A stretch of 63,820 nucleotides of DNA, filler included, from Cercozoa sp. M6MM (taxonomy: Eukaryota > Protista > Endomyxa: Ascetosporea): the NCBI GenBank assembly GCA_040357565.1. It is 10 parts of 10 records of this genome, joined end to end, with 100 filler letters (N's around TTAATTAATTAA, not from the genome) between each part and the next. Parts side by side here need not be neighbours in the genome. Positions count along the whole stretch, not along the records: positions 27,137 to 32,615 come from JBDODJ010000901.1; positions 32,716 to 38,960 come from JBDODJ010000765.1; positions 39,061 to 42,548 come from JBDODJ010001430.1; 7 more parts are not named here. One strand, given 5' to 3'. The position numbers and the translations under genes were made by a program. Below the pieces are notes generated by a model. The model was not told the DNA's origin. It searched no databases and saw only the letters and a list, made by a program, of their open reading frames with translations. Below, piece after piece: positions 28,391 to 41,077 of this stretch (the first letter of the stretch is position 1; each line of letters begins with the position of its first letter).

Positions 28391-28659
28391 GGTTCGTCGT
28401 TATCGTCTGCAAGCGCTCTAATGAACATTATATAGACTATGCACACGGGTGCTTACGTTCTTTTGGATCTCACTGCTATCACATGTTCATAAAATTTCGC
28501 CTCAAATGTCCCAAATTAGGCCGAATTTCGTCCAAATATACGACTACTATCGGCCCATACCAGCCCAGAATTGACGTCTGTTAGACGTCAGTTTTTGGAC
28601 GTTTATAAGGAGTTTTACTTGTACTGGAAATTTTAAGCTAATTCCTGGTATTTCCCCAC

Positions 28660-28752
28660 CCAATTACTGACTTATTTCCAATTAATTACAATTGTACCGG
28701 GTTATTTCCAATTAATTACCGGGTTATTTCCAGTTAGATACCAAAAAATTAC
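28660..28752. repeat. Short tandem repeats (TTATTTCCAATTAATTAC / CCGGGTTATTTCC units)
   Basis: Three imperfect TTATTTCCA units with AATTAC/ACCGGG linkers, lying between the protease-like gene start and the GT64 stop. Confidence 0.6.
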
Positions 28753-28763
28753 CAGCAAATCGA

Positions 28764-30605
28764 TTAATGGTGTGGTTTCGGTCTTGCGCGAAACGGTTCG
28801 AACACCTTGGTCAGCAGCTGCACGCAGGAACCGCGTCGCGCCCACGTGTTGGTCTGCGCAGAGTAAAATGCACATTAAATCAATTCTGTGCTGCGTTGCG
28901 TTAGAGTATTGCTAGAAACTGTACCTGTGTAAGAGTCCGACCACCAAAGTTAGCTTCCGACGCACTGCACCCACATGCATACGATAGCACATTTACGAAG
29001 GTTTAATATAATAGTAAATCGGGAAAAGCACCTGCCATCATCAAGGAAGTTGTAGGTGCGACTGTCGCGATGCAACAACGACACGACGTAGTTGAACGCA
29101 ATATCCTCGCAGTTGAGTTCTCTGCTGATGAGATCGCGGACTCGCTGCGGCAGTATCCTCATGTACATGTCCAATGCCCTGTTGAAGCGATGATATGCGA
29201 TCGTTGAAACTTCAGCAACTGAGGGCATAAAAGGCAGCACCTTTTTGGCACGAAAGCAGCACCCGCAAGAGCCAACGCGTGTACCATCTTTCCAGTGCCG
29301 TAGATTCCACAAACTGCAGCACGAAGGAATTGGTCTCAACTGTTCTGAATAACCGCAGAACTTTACCTTCATCATCGTGCCTCCTCCAGCCCATCGGCCG
29401 CGTGACTGCGTTCTTCGCCGGCATCTGAATGCGAGTCGTGTTCGCAGCTCGAACAACAGCCTCCATTGCACTGCACGAGAACCACCGATCGTCGTCGGTC
29501 TGTGAGCACTCGAGAGGTCCCAATATTCATGCAACATAAATTTACAATACTATGATACGTTGGCCACGTAGTCAACATCGCCCAACAGTGACTCGAACTC
29601 CGACACCGGGTTCGCGATCTTTCCATCCGCGCGACGTTTCTGGAACTCATGTTCCACACCAAATCTGTCTCCTGAAATTTGTGTGTGCGTGTGCGTGTGC
29701 GTGTGCGTGTGTGTGTGTACCAAGACCAGTTTTGGTGGGTGCCAGCACCAGCATAGGGTGTCCCTCCAGTGTAAACACCACTGGCGACTCGGGCAACTGC
29801 TCCAGGCTGTGCTCGTTGAGACAAGTGTACTGCGAGAGAAGCGCGTCGTTAGTCGCACTTCGCTTGAACAAGCGAAACGCTGCTGTGGAATCCATGTCCC
29901 ACATCGACACCACCACTCGTTTCGTCGTTTTGCACTGCAGCCTCAAAACATAAATTTACACCCTTCTCCTCTATGGCATACACATTCACTACCTTGAGTA
30001 TTGCAGGCAAGGCATTTCGCATGTACAGAGGCAGACGAGTAGAGCCTCCACGCACCAAAGCACTCACTGTTGCGACATGATCCAAGTCGAGGTTGCTGCG
30101 CTGGTGAACATCCAGCCACTCCTGTTGGATCAGTGCGTGCAACTCGGCGTGCTCTGGCTGCACATCCGGGATGTGTGTCTCGCTGGCGTACTCTTCGTAG
30201 GAGATATCGCTGCCTTTGACACACTGCGTGCTCATGGAGAAAGGTCGTAGCGACGACAAATCTTCGCTTTCGACATGTTGTGACAGTAAGGCCGCTATCT
30301 CGTTCGCTCTGAGACAGTGAAACAATCAAGTGAAGCCAAGCCAAGCAAGCAACTCACAAGACAGAGCCATACCTGTCAATCAGAGCACTCGATGGCGTTG
30401 GCACGTGTACCGTCGGATCAGGTCGCTCGGTCACTCGCTCGTCGCGCGTGTCAGGACCAGTTGACGCACTTGGTGAAGGAGTGTGGGATGACAACGACAG
30501 GATATGCTGCTGAATTTCCGCATGCCGTTGGCACACCACGAAGAAAGCTATTGCTAAAGTTGACGCTAGCAATAGCTGCATCAGTATGTTCCTGAGTGCT
30601 GACAT
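28764..30605 (-). CDS. Glycosyltransferase family 64 (exostosin/EXTL-like), type II membrane protein
   Basis: N-terminal anchor MSALRNILMQLLLASTLAIAFFVVC; YMRILPQRVRDLISRELNCEDIAFNYVVS; C-terminal WARRGSCVQLLTKVF. Confidence 0.78.
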
Positions 30606-30986
30606 CTGATCTGACCCTCTATAGAAAATCACTCGGCGAATGAAACTCGAAAGTCGCCCACCACATGACGTTCTGCCTCGAGAATCTCCTCTTTCGTGCG
30701 CTTCGAGAATGGGTCATCGAGTAACTCGAGCGATCATTGACTTGAGTGATCTGGCTCCAGTCTTGCGTTACTCGGGTTGCTCCGCAAACTACCCAAGATA
30801 CTCTAAAGGCACATAAGTAATTCGTCGAGAAACTAGATTAATAGCACAGAACGGAAAGAAAGAGCGATCGATCATTGATCGCACGTGCAAGAGTCCGAGC
30901 CAAACATCAGCACAAATTATTGTGTGCTGGTGTGTCGGAATCGTGCTAGCGGCCGCTTGGCTTTGTCTTTGCATCAGAAGAAGAAG

Positions 30987-32615
30987 ATGCAGCTTTCTTC
31001 AATTCTGGCCTGCGTCTTTCCGTCGTTGCTGGCAGTGAGTACCGTCCTCTGGCTTTGGTCTCAACGCCCCGTCCGCTTCGATGCAGTGAATCGAACCGAT
31101 TCGGGAGGTGTGTCGCTGCTGCAAATCGAGCCAGTTGACGAAGGAGCAGAGCCCGAGCTGTCATTATTGCAGTTCGGACCGAAAGACAAAGTGCTCGTTG
31201 GGTCGCTGCACGATGTGTTTGAGCGAACGTTTGAGTCACCTTTCTTGACACTGGTAGCATTAGAGGAGGATAATCGCGATCTGTCCGCGCGGACACGACT
31301 TGACTCTGAAGTGTTTGCCTCTGCTTTTCTTGGCCTCTGGCAAAGTCATGATATGGTTCGCCCGTTCTCGAGTATTTAAGTTTCGTTTGTTTTGTTACTA
31401 TTGCGTATTGATGCGTTGCAGGTGCCGCCACCATTCGCGCAAAATGAAACCTCTCTTTGGCGACTTTGGCGACGACATAACCACTGTTGGTCCACACAGG
31501 GCCAGGTATCTATTGTTTATCAACGCAATAGATAAGTTCTGACACGGAAATTGTTTCCGTGCATACAAGCAGGTGAACCTGACGGCAACTTACATTGGCG
31601 AAATGACCGGTTGGTCTCGTCACCAGTTCAATAAGCGAAAGAGCAACCTTTCTCGAAACCAGTGGTAAAAAGGTTTGTCGTTTTGAAAGCAACTTTGAAT
31701 TCTGTGTGGGCAGGGTGATGGATTTAAGGGTCGACAAACACCTGTGGGAGACACAAGCTCAAGTTCACTGTGTCGTGGGCATCGTAAGACGGCACGATCA
31801 CAGCGAACGCGATGACTCCAGTCCTCCCGAGGCGTGGCAACCGCCAGGCACTCAATCTCGTCTCTCGTTTCGCTTTCGATTGGGGAGTTCGCAACGCCAG
31901 CACATCTATGGCAGCTCAAACGTGGTCGAAAAAGACAGCTCTGTGGCACTCATGACTGGTCCGATCTGGGGGCAAGAACTGTCTGCAGTCAGCAAGATTG
32001 AGTCCTTCGTGCAACATGGTTTTTCTGGCTCCTTTTTCTCTCTCAACCAGAAGACGGGTTCCTTGTTGTGTACAGTCGTGAATCGACTGCAGCCACCAAT
32101 ATGGCTTGTTTACGCGGGCGATAAAAGCGTCCTTGGTGTGATTGACTCGATTGTCTCTCGTTTGTCTCTTGTTGCCACCGAAGTGCGCTTGGTGCACTGG
32201 TTCAATCGAGACGAAACCAGCAAGGACGCACGCACGTTCCACGACATGTGGCAGCACGCACAGTGGTTGGCCGAGCAGCACGCGTTGCGTCTCGTGGCGC
32301 AGAACGTCGCCTTTTTCTCCGTTCTTGACACCGACGAGCGCTTGTTCGCGACTCAAAACGGCCGCGTTGTCACTCAGGTATTTTTGTATTTTGTTCCTGT
32401 TGTACTTTTGTCTTAAACGTGTCTCTATCATCTTTGCAGAGTGTGCTGCCTACGATAGCGAAAAGAGCAACGACGGATTTTGTGGCCTGGGAGAGTGTCG
32501 CGCAGTACGAGGTGACCCAAGTTTGTATTGTTACCAAGAGCAGCTTCATTTTTTGCTTGGTGTCTCCTTAGAGCATCGGACACTCGGCACGTAACGAAGA
32601 CGATTTTCGCCAGTG
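30987..32615 (+). CDS. Type II membrane glycosyltransferase, GT92/DUF23-like, 3' truncated
   Basis: Anchor MQLSSILACVFPSLLAVSTVLWLW; ALMTGPIWG..IESFVQHG; FFSVLDTDERLF (DxDE motif). Confidence 0.55.
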
Positions 32616-32715
32616 NNNNNNNNNNNNNNNNNNNNNNNNNNNNNNNNNNNNNNNNNNNNTTAATTAATTAANNNNNNNNNNNNNNNNNNNNNNNNNNNNN
32701 NNNNNNNNNNNNNNN

Positions 32716-32744
32716 GGTCGTGGGTTCAATCCCCACCAGGTACA
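32716..32744 (+). tRNA. 3' half of a tRNA gene (isotype undeterminable), cut by the contig start
   Basis: GGTC-GTGGG-TTCAATC-CCCAC-CAGGTAC-A: variable loop, T-arm/B-box, acceptor 3' strand and discriminator A. Followed by a TTTTT Pol III terminator at 32748-32752. Confidence 0.8.
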
Positions 32745-33007
32745 CTCTTTTTCTTTTGTGCATGTGCGCGCGCTGTGACGAGCTGCGCTGGTGTAGACGG
32801 ACGGGGGCGTAGCGTACGATGCAACTACCCGGACGTCAAATTTAGTGATTTCACTCGGAGCCGCGCACGGTGTCTTGTGCCTTGTGTTTGCGCGTCAGCA
32901 TGCGCAGTGTGCATGCAGTGCGAGTCTAGTGGAAATAAATATAAGAAATACTGCAAATTCAGGTGCTCGCGTTGCAGAGCTAATAATTGCCGGCCCTGCG
33001 TATTCGG
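32716..33007 (+). repeat. Left arm of ~290-bp inverted repeat (tRNA end + variable spacer + conserved block 32854-33007)
   Basis: Reverse-complement match to 38675-38960. Confidence 0.92.
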
Positions 33008-33139
33008 TTGCTCCCGGCGAAGACGAAAAGGTTTTGTTGTGTGTGGCCTGGTTTCGGTTGCTCCGTTTTGGCCAGTCGACCGCGACGCTGCCGTCAGTGA
33101 CGTGATCGGTATCGGCGTCGGGTGAAAGAAATTTGGGGC

Positions 33140-33979
33140 TCACAGCTCAAAGCCGTGCAGTGGCAGTCGCGATATCCGTCGTAACCGTCTGTTGACCGCT
33201 GTCTCGGTGATGTTGTGACCACCGCCGGGAGGAGTCTCACGGCGTTGCATCAGGTGCAGTGCCGTTAGGGCTGTAGTGCCTGGCACTTGTACAGGCAGCT
33301 CGGATCTCTCGGCCTCCGTGTCCGTCGACGTGCGGGCTTCTTCGCACTCGCTTGACGCCTCCCTCGGTCTGCACGACCGCCGCTCTGGCAAGGCAAAGTT
33401 GCGCGCCTGAGCTTCCGGACTGTGCACACGCAGAGGGAGTTAAAACAGCATGTTTCTGCAGACTGGAGGAGGGATGTACGACAGCACCTGCTGAAGAGAC
33501 GCATCTCGCGTCGTGCTGCCCGCCGGGACACGGCGCCGCACACTTGCTCGCGACGTAGAGTCACGGCGTAGTCCACTGCACAACAGGAGAATCGAAAGAA
33601 AAGGCAAGTGAAAGGGAAGGCAAGTGAAAGGGAACGGAAGGAGTAATGGAAAGGGGAGGAGTGGTGGAGGGAAACGGGCACTGAGGAAGGGAAGGGACCG
33701 GCAAAGCGACGAGGGCCATCGCGATGTCGTCGGTACTCGCTCGCATTGCGCGGCAGCACACTCTGCCTGTCTGTGCTCAAGTCGAATGTCGGTGGCTCAC
33801 TACACTCACACAGAGTACACATACAGCACACACACACACACAAGCACATACACACACAAGCACACAAGCACACACACACACACAGGCACACACAGGCACA
33901 CGCACCACAACTTGAGCGATAGTGGCGGCGGCATGTCGAGACACTGCTTGCCCTGCGAACACCCATACAGCATGAACGG

Positions 33980-34021
<42 letters not shown>

Positions 34022-34113
34022 GAGTCACATAGGCAGTACGAGGCAGATCATGGCGACGTGAAAGTTGCGTTCGCGTCGAACGCGCCGACACTCGGTCTGC
34101 CGGTCTGTTCAGT

Positions 34114-34168
<55 letters not shown>

Positions 34169-35100
34169 GTGTGCGTACCAGCCAGATCAGACAGGGACAC
34201 GCGCAGCTGCATGCGATCGCGTCGCTGCGGTGTCACTGTTGGCGTCTTTAGTTCTCGTTGCACGGACCTCACCGGCACCTGCACAAACACTAGATCATCA
34301 GAAAAACCCGTTCTTCCAGTAACTTCCAGAAGCAATCGCGAGGCCCTGTACCGGCTGCAAGGGCGGTGGTGGCAGCGGCGTGCAGTCTTGTATTCCTTCT
34401 TTCTCTTTACTATGACTTTCTTGTGTCTGGCCAACGACTGGCGACTCCGTTAACTGATCATCCAACAGCACACGTACATTTCAACTACAACAACTCCGCA
34501 GGAAATAGAATAGTATACCACTGGCTTTGCAAACGACGCATGTAGTCGACGCCTCTTCCTTTGAGGGTCATCGGCCTTCTGCGCCAGCAAGCACACGTGA
34601 GGACTAAGCAAACAAGGTGCACGTAGCGTACCGAAATTGGCACGTGCAATCGTCGTGGTGACGGTGTATGCTCAGCTACAGAACATCAACATCTGGATAT
34701 CGATACAAAAGAAAAACAACAACAATATCAACAGAGGGGGTGGGATAAATGATGACTTGCCATCCAGTGTGTCTGCAAACGGCACACGTTGCAGGCGTAA
34801 CCGACGAGGTCGTTTCGACATGAAACAAGTGTCACTGTGCCTTGTGTTCCTGTGTTAATGGATAAGATGAGTGTCCCACGTGACCAGATCCTCCTTTTGT
34901 GTAAGATCGCACTCTTTGAAGTGGTAACTTCGACCACTCGCACGAGAACAACCGGCCCAAACGCAGCGAAACGACCGCTTTTTCTGAGATGTGAGTGTCT
35001 GCAAACGGCAGACTCAGGCAGTGAGTTCACAGCACAGTCTTAGGAGTTCCACAGCAGGCGTTGAACTAGACCAGAGGCACGAGACACAACAACATGTTTT
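33140..35100 (-). CDS. Multi-exon gene of unknown function (boundaries approximate)
   Basis: GC-rich segments separated by GT-AG introns containing (CA)/(TG) tracts. Last exon ...NRRLRRISRLPLHGFEL*. No recognisable family. Confidence 0.35.
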
Positions 35101-35516
35101 TTTTTGCCGACTGTAGTCGGCGACATGATCGATCGAAAACAAGCCCGTTTTTAGTTTTTGTTTTGGCCAAGTGTTCTGATCGATCGTCTCTGCTCACAGG
35201 TTAATTGACCACCGCAGACCGCACGTGGCACAAAAACTGACAGAAGCCGTTTTACGATCTAGTGGTTTGGGTCTATTAAAAAAATAAAAAATCGAAGAAA
35301 CCGGCTACATCACAAACCCCCTGCCTGTCAATTCGGAACTTGTACCGGGATAGATATAACACACTTAAACGAGCTTAAAACCACCCTGGCTGAAGGAGCT
35401 CTGGGGTCTACTTTCTTGCGAAGTCGTGTGTTTTCTTGGAGATTTCTCCCGTGTCTGGGAAATTACATTCCCCGTCACCCCTTTTGTATACTGTGCTGGC
35501 AGGATCTAGAAGCAAG

Positions 35517-36400
35517 ATGGCGACCCATCACTGTTTGACTGTTAACCCGGGTTCTGTGCGTCGGTACTGAGCTACTGTAGCTGTACCGACAGGCCTGTCT
35601 ACCATGTATGTGTCATCAATAGTTACATGTTGGAGCAATCTGACAGCGCGATGTTGATTTTTCGCTTCTTGACGATTGAAGACATTGCTTTGAACTGCTT
35701 TAAGGGTACGGACTGAGAAAAGGGGATACAATGACCGCGCGCGGCGCGGGGGGGGGGGGGTAAGAGGCAAAAAGAGACATGTTTGCGCTCAGTGAGCACG
35801 CTGTGGCGCGACCTGTCGCAGCTGTACCTGCAGCAGAAGTGGCGCTTGCCTTGTCCGCTGTTGTCGCAGCATCTGTCATCGGATGCGCTGCGCATGGAAC
35901 AAGCTGCCTTGCTCGCCAAGGTACCTGTCCTGCTCTCACTGCACCTCCCCCCCCCTACCCGCATATGCATGTTGAGTCATCATTGCAGACCTTTCATAAA
36001 TCGCCGACGGAACTCTTTGTAAATTTGCCGACCACTGATAAAAATACATATATTATCAGTATGACCCAAAGGTTGCTGTGACAAAATAGCATGTATAAAT
36101 ATGTATGGGTAAGCTATCATGTTGATCTTGCCGGGTGTGCAGACCCCGGTGGCATGGCTGCCTTTACCGAGGGCACACAGCGCGCGTGTCTCGATTTCGT
36201 AAGTTTACACCTTCTATGCCTGCCTCGATACCAGGATAAACAATTGTATCCTTTCCCTCTAACAGGCACCTCCCCGGCGACACTCGCATGATGCTGGTGC
36301 GACCTGCCGTCGACGGCAACGATCAGTGGCAACTCGACATTGTTGACTGCACCGAGCGCTGCACGAGTGGCTACTTGTACATTTATATTTATTTATATAT

Positions 36401-36453
<53 letters not shown>

Positions 36454-36463
36454 NNNNNNNNNN

Positions 36464-36515
<52 letters not shown>

Positions 36516-38598
36516 CTGTCTGAGTGAATTGGTGTGACACTGTCCTATTCAGTCCAAAGGGTCGCCGTCGACCGGTGCGCTGGCAGTGGCGCCGTCTGCA
36601 CGCGATGGCGCGCCGCAACGACTTCTTTGTCGACTGGAGCAACGATCGCTATGGCATCGTGTCGGTCACTAAGGTGTGTCTGTTCCATCAACGTTATTAT
36701 TGCCTAAATGCTATTTTCAGGTACTACCGTATGTAGGAAGGAGAGTGCACACTGGTGTGGCACTCCATGCTCGACAATCACAGGTATGCGACTTAGTTAT
36801 TGTCATACCTACATATATACTTGTATTGTATATAGTGAAGAAACCTGCCGACTGCGTATGCGTCCTGGCTACGCACTCCATGCCGACTTTCGCAGCAGTG
36901 TATTTACGCCCTTTGTGCACAAGATGGATATACGAGGGTGCTCAGCGAGGCGGCAAGCTGGTGGCAGTGACACCGAACCACGTGTTTCTGCCAAGGTCGT
37001 CAATGCGCAGTCAGACTCGGAGTGATGCTGGCACTGGCACCGTCGATCTGCCGCGATCACCGGACCTGCGGGTGTCGCCCTGCGGTGCCTTCCTGGCGCG
37101 TGTCAGTGATCGCGAGGTCAGTGTGACACGCGTCAGCGACGGTGCGATCACTCGGTACACCGTCTGTGCCTCTGGATACTGCGTGCGTGATGTCTGTATC
37201 GACGACACTGGCGTCTTTGGCCCTGTATATCCGGAATATCAATAGTACCCCGCCGCTTACAAAAAAACTGTACTTGTCCTAAATTAGACACGTGCCATCG
37301 TCACCGTCGAGTGCAAGAAACGCACCAAACGCGCGCTAAAGCTGCTGCCGATCACGCTGAGTGATGATCAAGACGGTGTCGAGGTGTCGCACCGACTCGA
37401 CCTGACACAGGAGTCGCCGCATGTGCTCACTCTGACACTGCGGTCGAAGGAGGCGGTACCACGTGTCCGAGTCGACTCACTGACGGTACGTACAGTGTAG
37501 TGCTAGTACACTACTATGTTGAGGAATGATAGTGTTGCAGGGCACCTTCCGCATGAAGGTGAACTCTCGGCAAGCGAACAAGTGGATCTCGGCACTGTAA
37601 GTCCGCCTTTTCTCTGTCCACTCCATCTTTCCAAACAACTGTCTTTAAAAATAGCATGTGCATCGATGTTTTTGTGCACGAGGACGACTCCGATTTCAAG
37701 TTGCCTTCTGGGTGCGTTTCATACTGAACGAGATTGGGTCTGCTCTGGCTTCCTGACCGATACATGGCTTTGTGTAGCCACATCATGGGAAGCTATATGA
37801 CACCGCTGCTGCGTTGGCATGGTACCACTCCTCTAGTATCGCACACTGCCAGTCAATTGACACTAGACTGACTGCTGGTTACTGTAATAACTGTAACTAG
37901 TACACAATGGTCTATGTGTGCAGACGATGGACTTCGCCCCGTCTTGTCTCCTGCCGTCTTTCTCAACGTACCAACAATGGCGACTCTTCCGTGTGGATGT
38001 CTTGTAGGGTGGGGTGTTTGGACACGTAGAACAAAGGAAACGTGCGCAACGGCATTCCAATGAACTACAACCGTCACGGTGTCGTTGCTATCGGCTGCAC
38101 GCGTGTGGCGGTACTTGTGTCTTGTCCCGGCATTGCTGAGGTTCGACATCCTTCCGTTTCTTTCTAAAAATCAATAGCACTGCTATCAATACCAGGTCTC
38201 TATTGTTCCACAGAACCATCAGTTCGTCGTCGTGCATGATCTGGCTGTGGCCGCGCGAGACAATGCAATGGTAAATTTACCTATTCTTGACGCTTTTATT
38301 CAAAACCTTAGACAGATAGATAGCTACCAGTGTCAACCGGCGATATCCACTGTTGTCTCTGGGCAGCCCTTTTCAAATCAAGACTTTGAGGAGATCTTGG
38401 TCGCCATCGCGCAGCACGAGGAACAGGGGAGTGTGGTATTTTGTTCTTATTCGTCAGTGCTTGCCTGACCGGCCATGTGGAAAATGTACTGCGCTGACCT
38501 TTCAGGACGACGAAATTCCAACACCGTTCAAGAAGAAACCAGCACCACCCACGCTTTACAGTTGCGGCTACCATGCATTGACTACGCTTTTGGGATGA
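35517..38598 (+). CDS. F-box-like domain protein of unknown function
   Basis: Spliced N-terminus ...MLEQSDSAMLIFRFLTIEDIALNCFK|VSTLWRDLSQ fits the F-box pattern (IF.FL...D....C..V...WR). Many downstream exons; ends RPCGKC...YSCGYHALTTLLG*. Confidence 0.5.
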
Positions 38599-38674
38599 AT
38601 CCGCGCCGCCAGCCGGTCGCGGTGCTTTGTCTACGACTGGATGGGGTTTAGTTAACAGGCACTGACAGCAGCGC

Positions 38675-38960
38675 CCGAATACGCACGGCCGGCGATTATT
38701 AGCTCTGCAACGCCGCGCGAGCATCTGAATTTGCAGTATTTCTTAGTATTTATTTCCACTAGACTCGCACTGCACGCACACTGCGCATGCTGACGCGCAA
38801 ACACAAGGCACAAGACACCGTGCGCGGCTCCGAGCGGAGTCACTTAGGCGTCCTGGACTTCCCGTCCGTCTTTGGTCGTTCGTCCACGCCAGTTGCCCGC
38901 CAGCGCGTGCACGTGCACAAAAGAAAAAGAGTGTACCTGGTGGGGATTGAACCCACGACC
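38675..38960 (-). repeat. Right arm of ~290-bp inverted repeat (conserved block 38675-38834)
   Basis: Reverse complement of 32716-33007. Confidence 0.92.
38932..38960 (-). tRNA. 3' half of a tRNA gene identical to 32716-32744, cut by the contig end
   Basis: Reverse complement reads GGTCGTGGGTTCAATCCCCACCAGGTACA then CTCTTTTT. Confidence 0.8.
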
Positions 38961-39060
38961 NNNNNNNNNNNNNNNNNNNNNNNNNNNNNNNNNNNNNNNN
39001 NNNNTTAATTAATTAANNNNNNNNNNNNNNNNNNNNNNNNNNNNNNNNNNNNNNNNNNNN

Positions 39061-39634
39061 GTTGACGGAAGCGCTGGACGACGTGGAGGTGGCAGTGCGA
39101 ATGATCCAACGCGAGTTGCCGCGCGACTTGTGGCCACGTGACCTGTCGAGTGTGCTGCACTGGTGCGATCGCATTGATCTCGATGCTGACGGTGAGCACG
39201 TGGCCAGTGACACCGTCACTGACTGGTCAGTGACACGCTGCGCACGTGCCTGGGTCGACCTGGCACGTGTCGACCCGGCACGCTTCCTGGAGACGTGTGC
39301 CGGCGTGCTGGAGACGCGGCACGCACTGTCGCCGTCGCAGGTGGCGGCGCTCACGCTGCAGCACTCGAGTCGCCTGCTGCAGCGACTGTCCAAGCCGTCG
39401 CAACGTCGCATCCGCCAGAGCATGAAGGCACTGTCGGCGAAACCGTAGCACTCATATATTTATCTATTTCTTGGGATATAATTATATCAATTCTATTCTT
39501 GTAGACTCAGAGTGGCCGCCACCGGCAAGGACGCTGTCACGATGCGCAACGCCATGTTGCTTGGCCTGTCGCTTCGCGAGCTTGGCGACCTGGACGTTTA
39601 CCAGCCCGAGGGTCGTCTCTATCTGCCCGAGTAG
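39061..39634 (+). CDS. Unknown helical protein, 3' part
   Basis: 128-codon GC-rich exon, one AT-rich GT-AG intron, last exon LRVAATGKDAVTMRNAMLLGLSLRELGDLDVYQPEGRLYLPE*. Confidence 0.55.
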
Positions 39635-39855
39635 CCTGCGCCTCTAGTTCTTTCTTACGTTAGACTGTAAGCGAAGTAGGATACCGTACTAAAGTAGGAC
39701 ATATTTAATGTCTTCGTTCGAGTTGGGTTCCCGTGCCAGGCCTTGTGTCCGCGCGGATGCTACCCGGATGACCTGGCTTGTTGGCGAACTGGGTTCACTG
39801 CTAGTCTTAAGCGAAGCTGATTGGTGTGCGTGTTCTGGCTAAAAACGAAACAGGA

Positions 39856-41077
39856 ATGCTGCTGCTGTTGTTGGGCTTGTTGTGGATCGTCTACATGCTT
39901 GTTCAAAGCCACGTCGCAGCACTCGGTGAGTTACGCTTTGCCGAGAAGCGCTGCAGCTCCGCATCGCGTCAGTCGCCTGTTTCACTTCCCCGCAGCGATC
40001 ACTTGTCGCCCGCGATGTCTCGACTCACAACTTGGTCGCACCCTTTTGTGCTCGAATTGACCGACATTGGCGAAACAGTTGCGGTGCACCGGCACCTTTT
40101 TGCTTCTCGCCGTTTCAGCAACGAAGAAAGATGCTGTTGTGTTGGGAGTAGGCCGTACTAAAGTCGGATCCGCAAGTTACTGCCACGACTAGCACCGTCG
40201 GTTCGGACGGCGAGATAAAAAACGCAGAGTACGCTTTTATCCAAGCACACTTTCATTGGGACTATGCGAGGAAACTTGACGACACGCCGGAAAGCTCCTG
40301 GAGTGCGCCAGGCAGCGAGCACCGCCTGCAAGGACGATCATTCCCGCTTGAGGTACATGTAGCTGTTTCACAGTTTGGGAACCGATACAGTTAGCCGCTG
40401 TTCAAGTAAAGGCGCACTTCGTGCATGTTCGAGCCGATTTTTTGATGCTGACGGACCCAATCACAGCGGCGTTGGAAAGGTGTGCGCGTTTTATGCAGTT
40501 TTAACTTTATGCTTGACTACCGCTCCGAGCGCAAGAGTGGCTCTACCGTAGCGAGGAGTGGAATGCGCTGCTAGTGATTGCTCGTTTCTACGAAGCTTCG
40601 GACCATTGCGATGAGGCAATACCCGCTGCAGCACGTCGACGCGCGAACTGCCTAACAGACAGCAGCATTTTTGCTGCCTTTCAGACACTTCGAGAGAACG
40701 GCAGCGTCGAGATAAACACCGACGTGCTTGGCGACCTAAGATCCCACGTGGACGAAACCGTCAGTTTCTACGAGTACCGAGGCTCTCTGACGACGCCGCC
40801 CTACGCCGAGATCGTCCACTGGTTCGTACTGGCCGATACCGACGCTATTCCGGTTCCGCACTCTGTGCTGCACTGGCTTCGAACCTTGTCATCCGAGTTA
40901 GACACGGAGAGGCGTCACGACGACTCGTCAAGATCTCTCCGAAGCCGCCGTGCGCGACACGGCGAGCAACCTGCAGACGAAATCGATTCCGAGGGCCCTG
41001 GTAACTGGCGGAGCGTGCAACCGCTTGGAGACAGCTGTGTCTGGTACTACGACGCCACTAAGCCTGTTTCAAGTTAA
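39856..41077 (+). CDS. Alpha-class carbonic anhydrase with signal peptide
   Basis: MLLLLLGLLWIVYML.., RQSPVSL, QAHFHW, GSEHRLQGRSFPLE|AHFVH (three Zn-ligand His), FYEYRGSLTTPPY, GNWRSVQPL. Confidence 0.93.

Noticed and set aside
32890-32932. Hairpin followed by CTAG|T as a Helitron 3' end
   Set aside because: Identity between the two copies continues ~80 bp past CTAG, so it is not an element boundary.
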